NCBI GenBank assembly: GCA_973851085.1
Contig: OZ316775.1
Coordinates: forward strand, 9,610,001 to 9,674,000
Direction of reading: 5' to 3'
Origin: Ptychomitrium polyphyllum
Taxonomy: Eukaryota
Length of the DNA stretch: 64,000 nt
Shown: piece by piece, positions 62,973 to 64,000 of the stretch
Position numbering within the stretch: the stretch's first letter is position 1
Layout: each line of letters opens with the position of its first letter
Program-made: the position numbers and the translations under genes
Notes under the pieces: model-generated
What the model saw: the letters and a program-made list of their open reading frames with translations, nothing else
Databases searched by the model: none
What the model was told of the DNA's origin: nothing

Positions 62973-64000
62973 ATTAGGTTGGAAGCAACACAATTGGTTA
63001 TGATCATTGTTTGTGGCTTTATTGACAATGATTGTACATTCAACATGTACACTTTGTAAAGGAAAAACCAACCAAAAAGGTAAATTTGTAATTTCAAATA
63101 ACTAATGACAATCCACATAAGTTTATTTTACTTGGTTTTATATATGTATAATGTAAGTAATGAGTTTTTTTGTCAATTGGTGATTGTATGTTATCTTATA
63201 CAATTTAAATGGAATATGTTCTAAATTTTGATAATTATTACATTTTATTAGTGCTCCTTCATTAGTTAATAATTAGCCTTTAAGTTTCATTGTGTATAAT
63301 ATAAAAACTAACAAATAGCTAGATTTAAAAATTTAAACTTAGCCAAAAACCTTCCATTTTTACAATGAAATACCATAAATTTTCCAAATGCTAAATTTGA
63401 ATTTTATCTTGAATGTTAATAAGAAAATCTGAAATATGAGCCAAAAAACAACATGCTTCTTTTTACCTTTGTTAAATTCCATAACTCAAAATTTTTAAGG
63501 TGACTACAAATGTACATTTCCACCCAACGTTAATCTTATTTTTTTTAAAAATATTTTATATTTAAAGATGCATGGTAATAATTTTTAAAACTTTTTTGGT
63601 TTTGATTTACTTTGTTAAAGTCCTTATACTAGATTCCATGTAATATCCTTAGAAGTCAATTAAATAGATGTATATTAATAATCAATTCATTATAAAAAAA
63701 TCAAAGTACAACAAACATACATGACAAGAATTATAAGGTAATTCTTGTGTTTTTTTTCATAAGTATTAGCAGTTTGATAAATATTTTTGGATTTTGTTTT
63801 TTAAATTGTTGAAGATAACCCAATTTTACTATTAATAAAGCCACCATCCTAAAATCAATAGGAAGTGTAATATTGAAGAATTAAAAAGAAATTGATGCCA
63901 AAAGCTAAACTTGAAGTATTAGAATAAAGGTGGCAAGTGTTAATTAACACTTTAAAGAAAATACTTGAATGAATTTTGAAAAGTTTTATCTTTTACATTA

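Overview
Eukaryotic land-plant genomic DNA with GT-AG introns and alternating gene-dense GC-richer blocks and very AT-rich decayed-transposon blocks. Gene structure and the Gypsy remnant are most consistent with a moss such as Physcomitrium patens (inference, not verified). By splicing the ORFs by hand I can support ten protein-coding genes: a Sec14/CRAL-TRIO protein, a SURP+RS+CCCH+SRI-like nuclear protein, a divergent clathrin light chain, a BRAWNIN/UQCC6-like 70-aa microprotein, a 97-aa basic protein with internal repeats that I cannot assign, a coiled-coil protein of unknown function, a UBC4/5/6-class E2, an RNF170-like RING E3, violaxanthin de-epoxidase, and an intronless organelle-targeted HINT. 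The window also holds an intron-retaining RRA-type (GT77) arabinosyltransferase pseudogene, hAT and Ty3/Gypsy remnants, two possible Helentron/HINE-like ends and several simple repeats. I found no tRNA, rRNA or CRISPR array. The best candidates for something undescribed are the two small spliced genes at 26-29 kb, which the ORF track only shows as fragments. All family assignments come from recalled motifs, not database searches.
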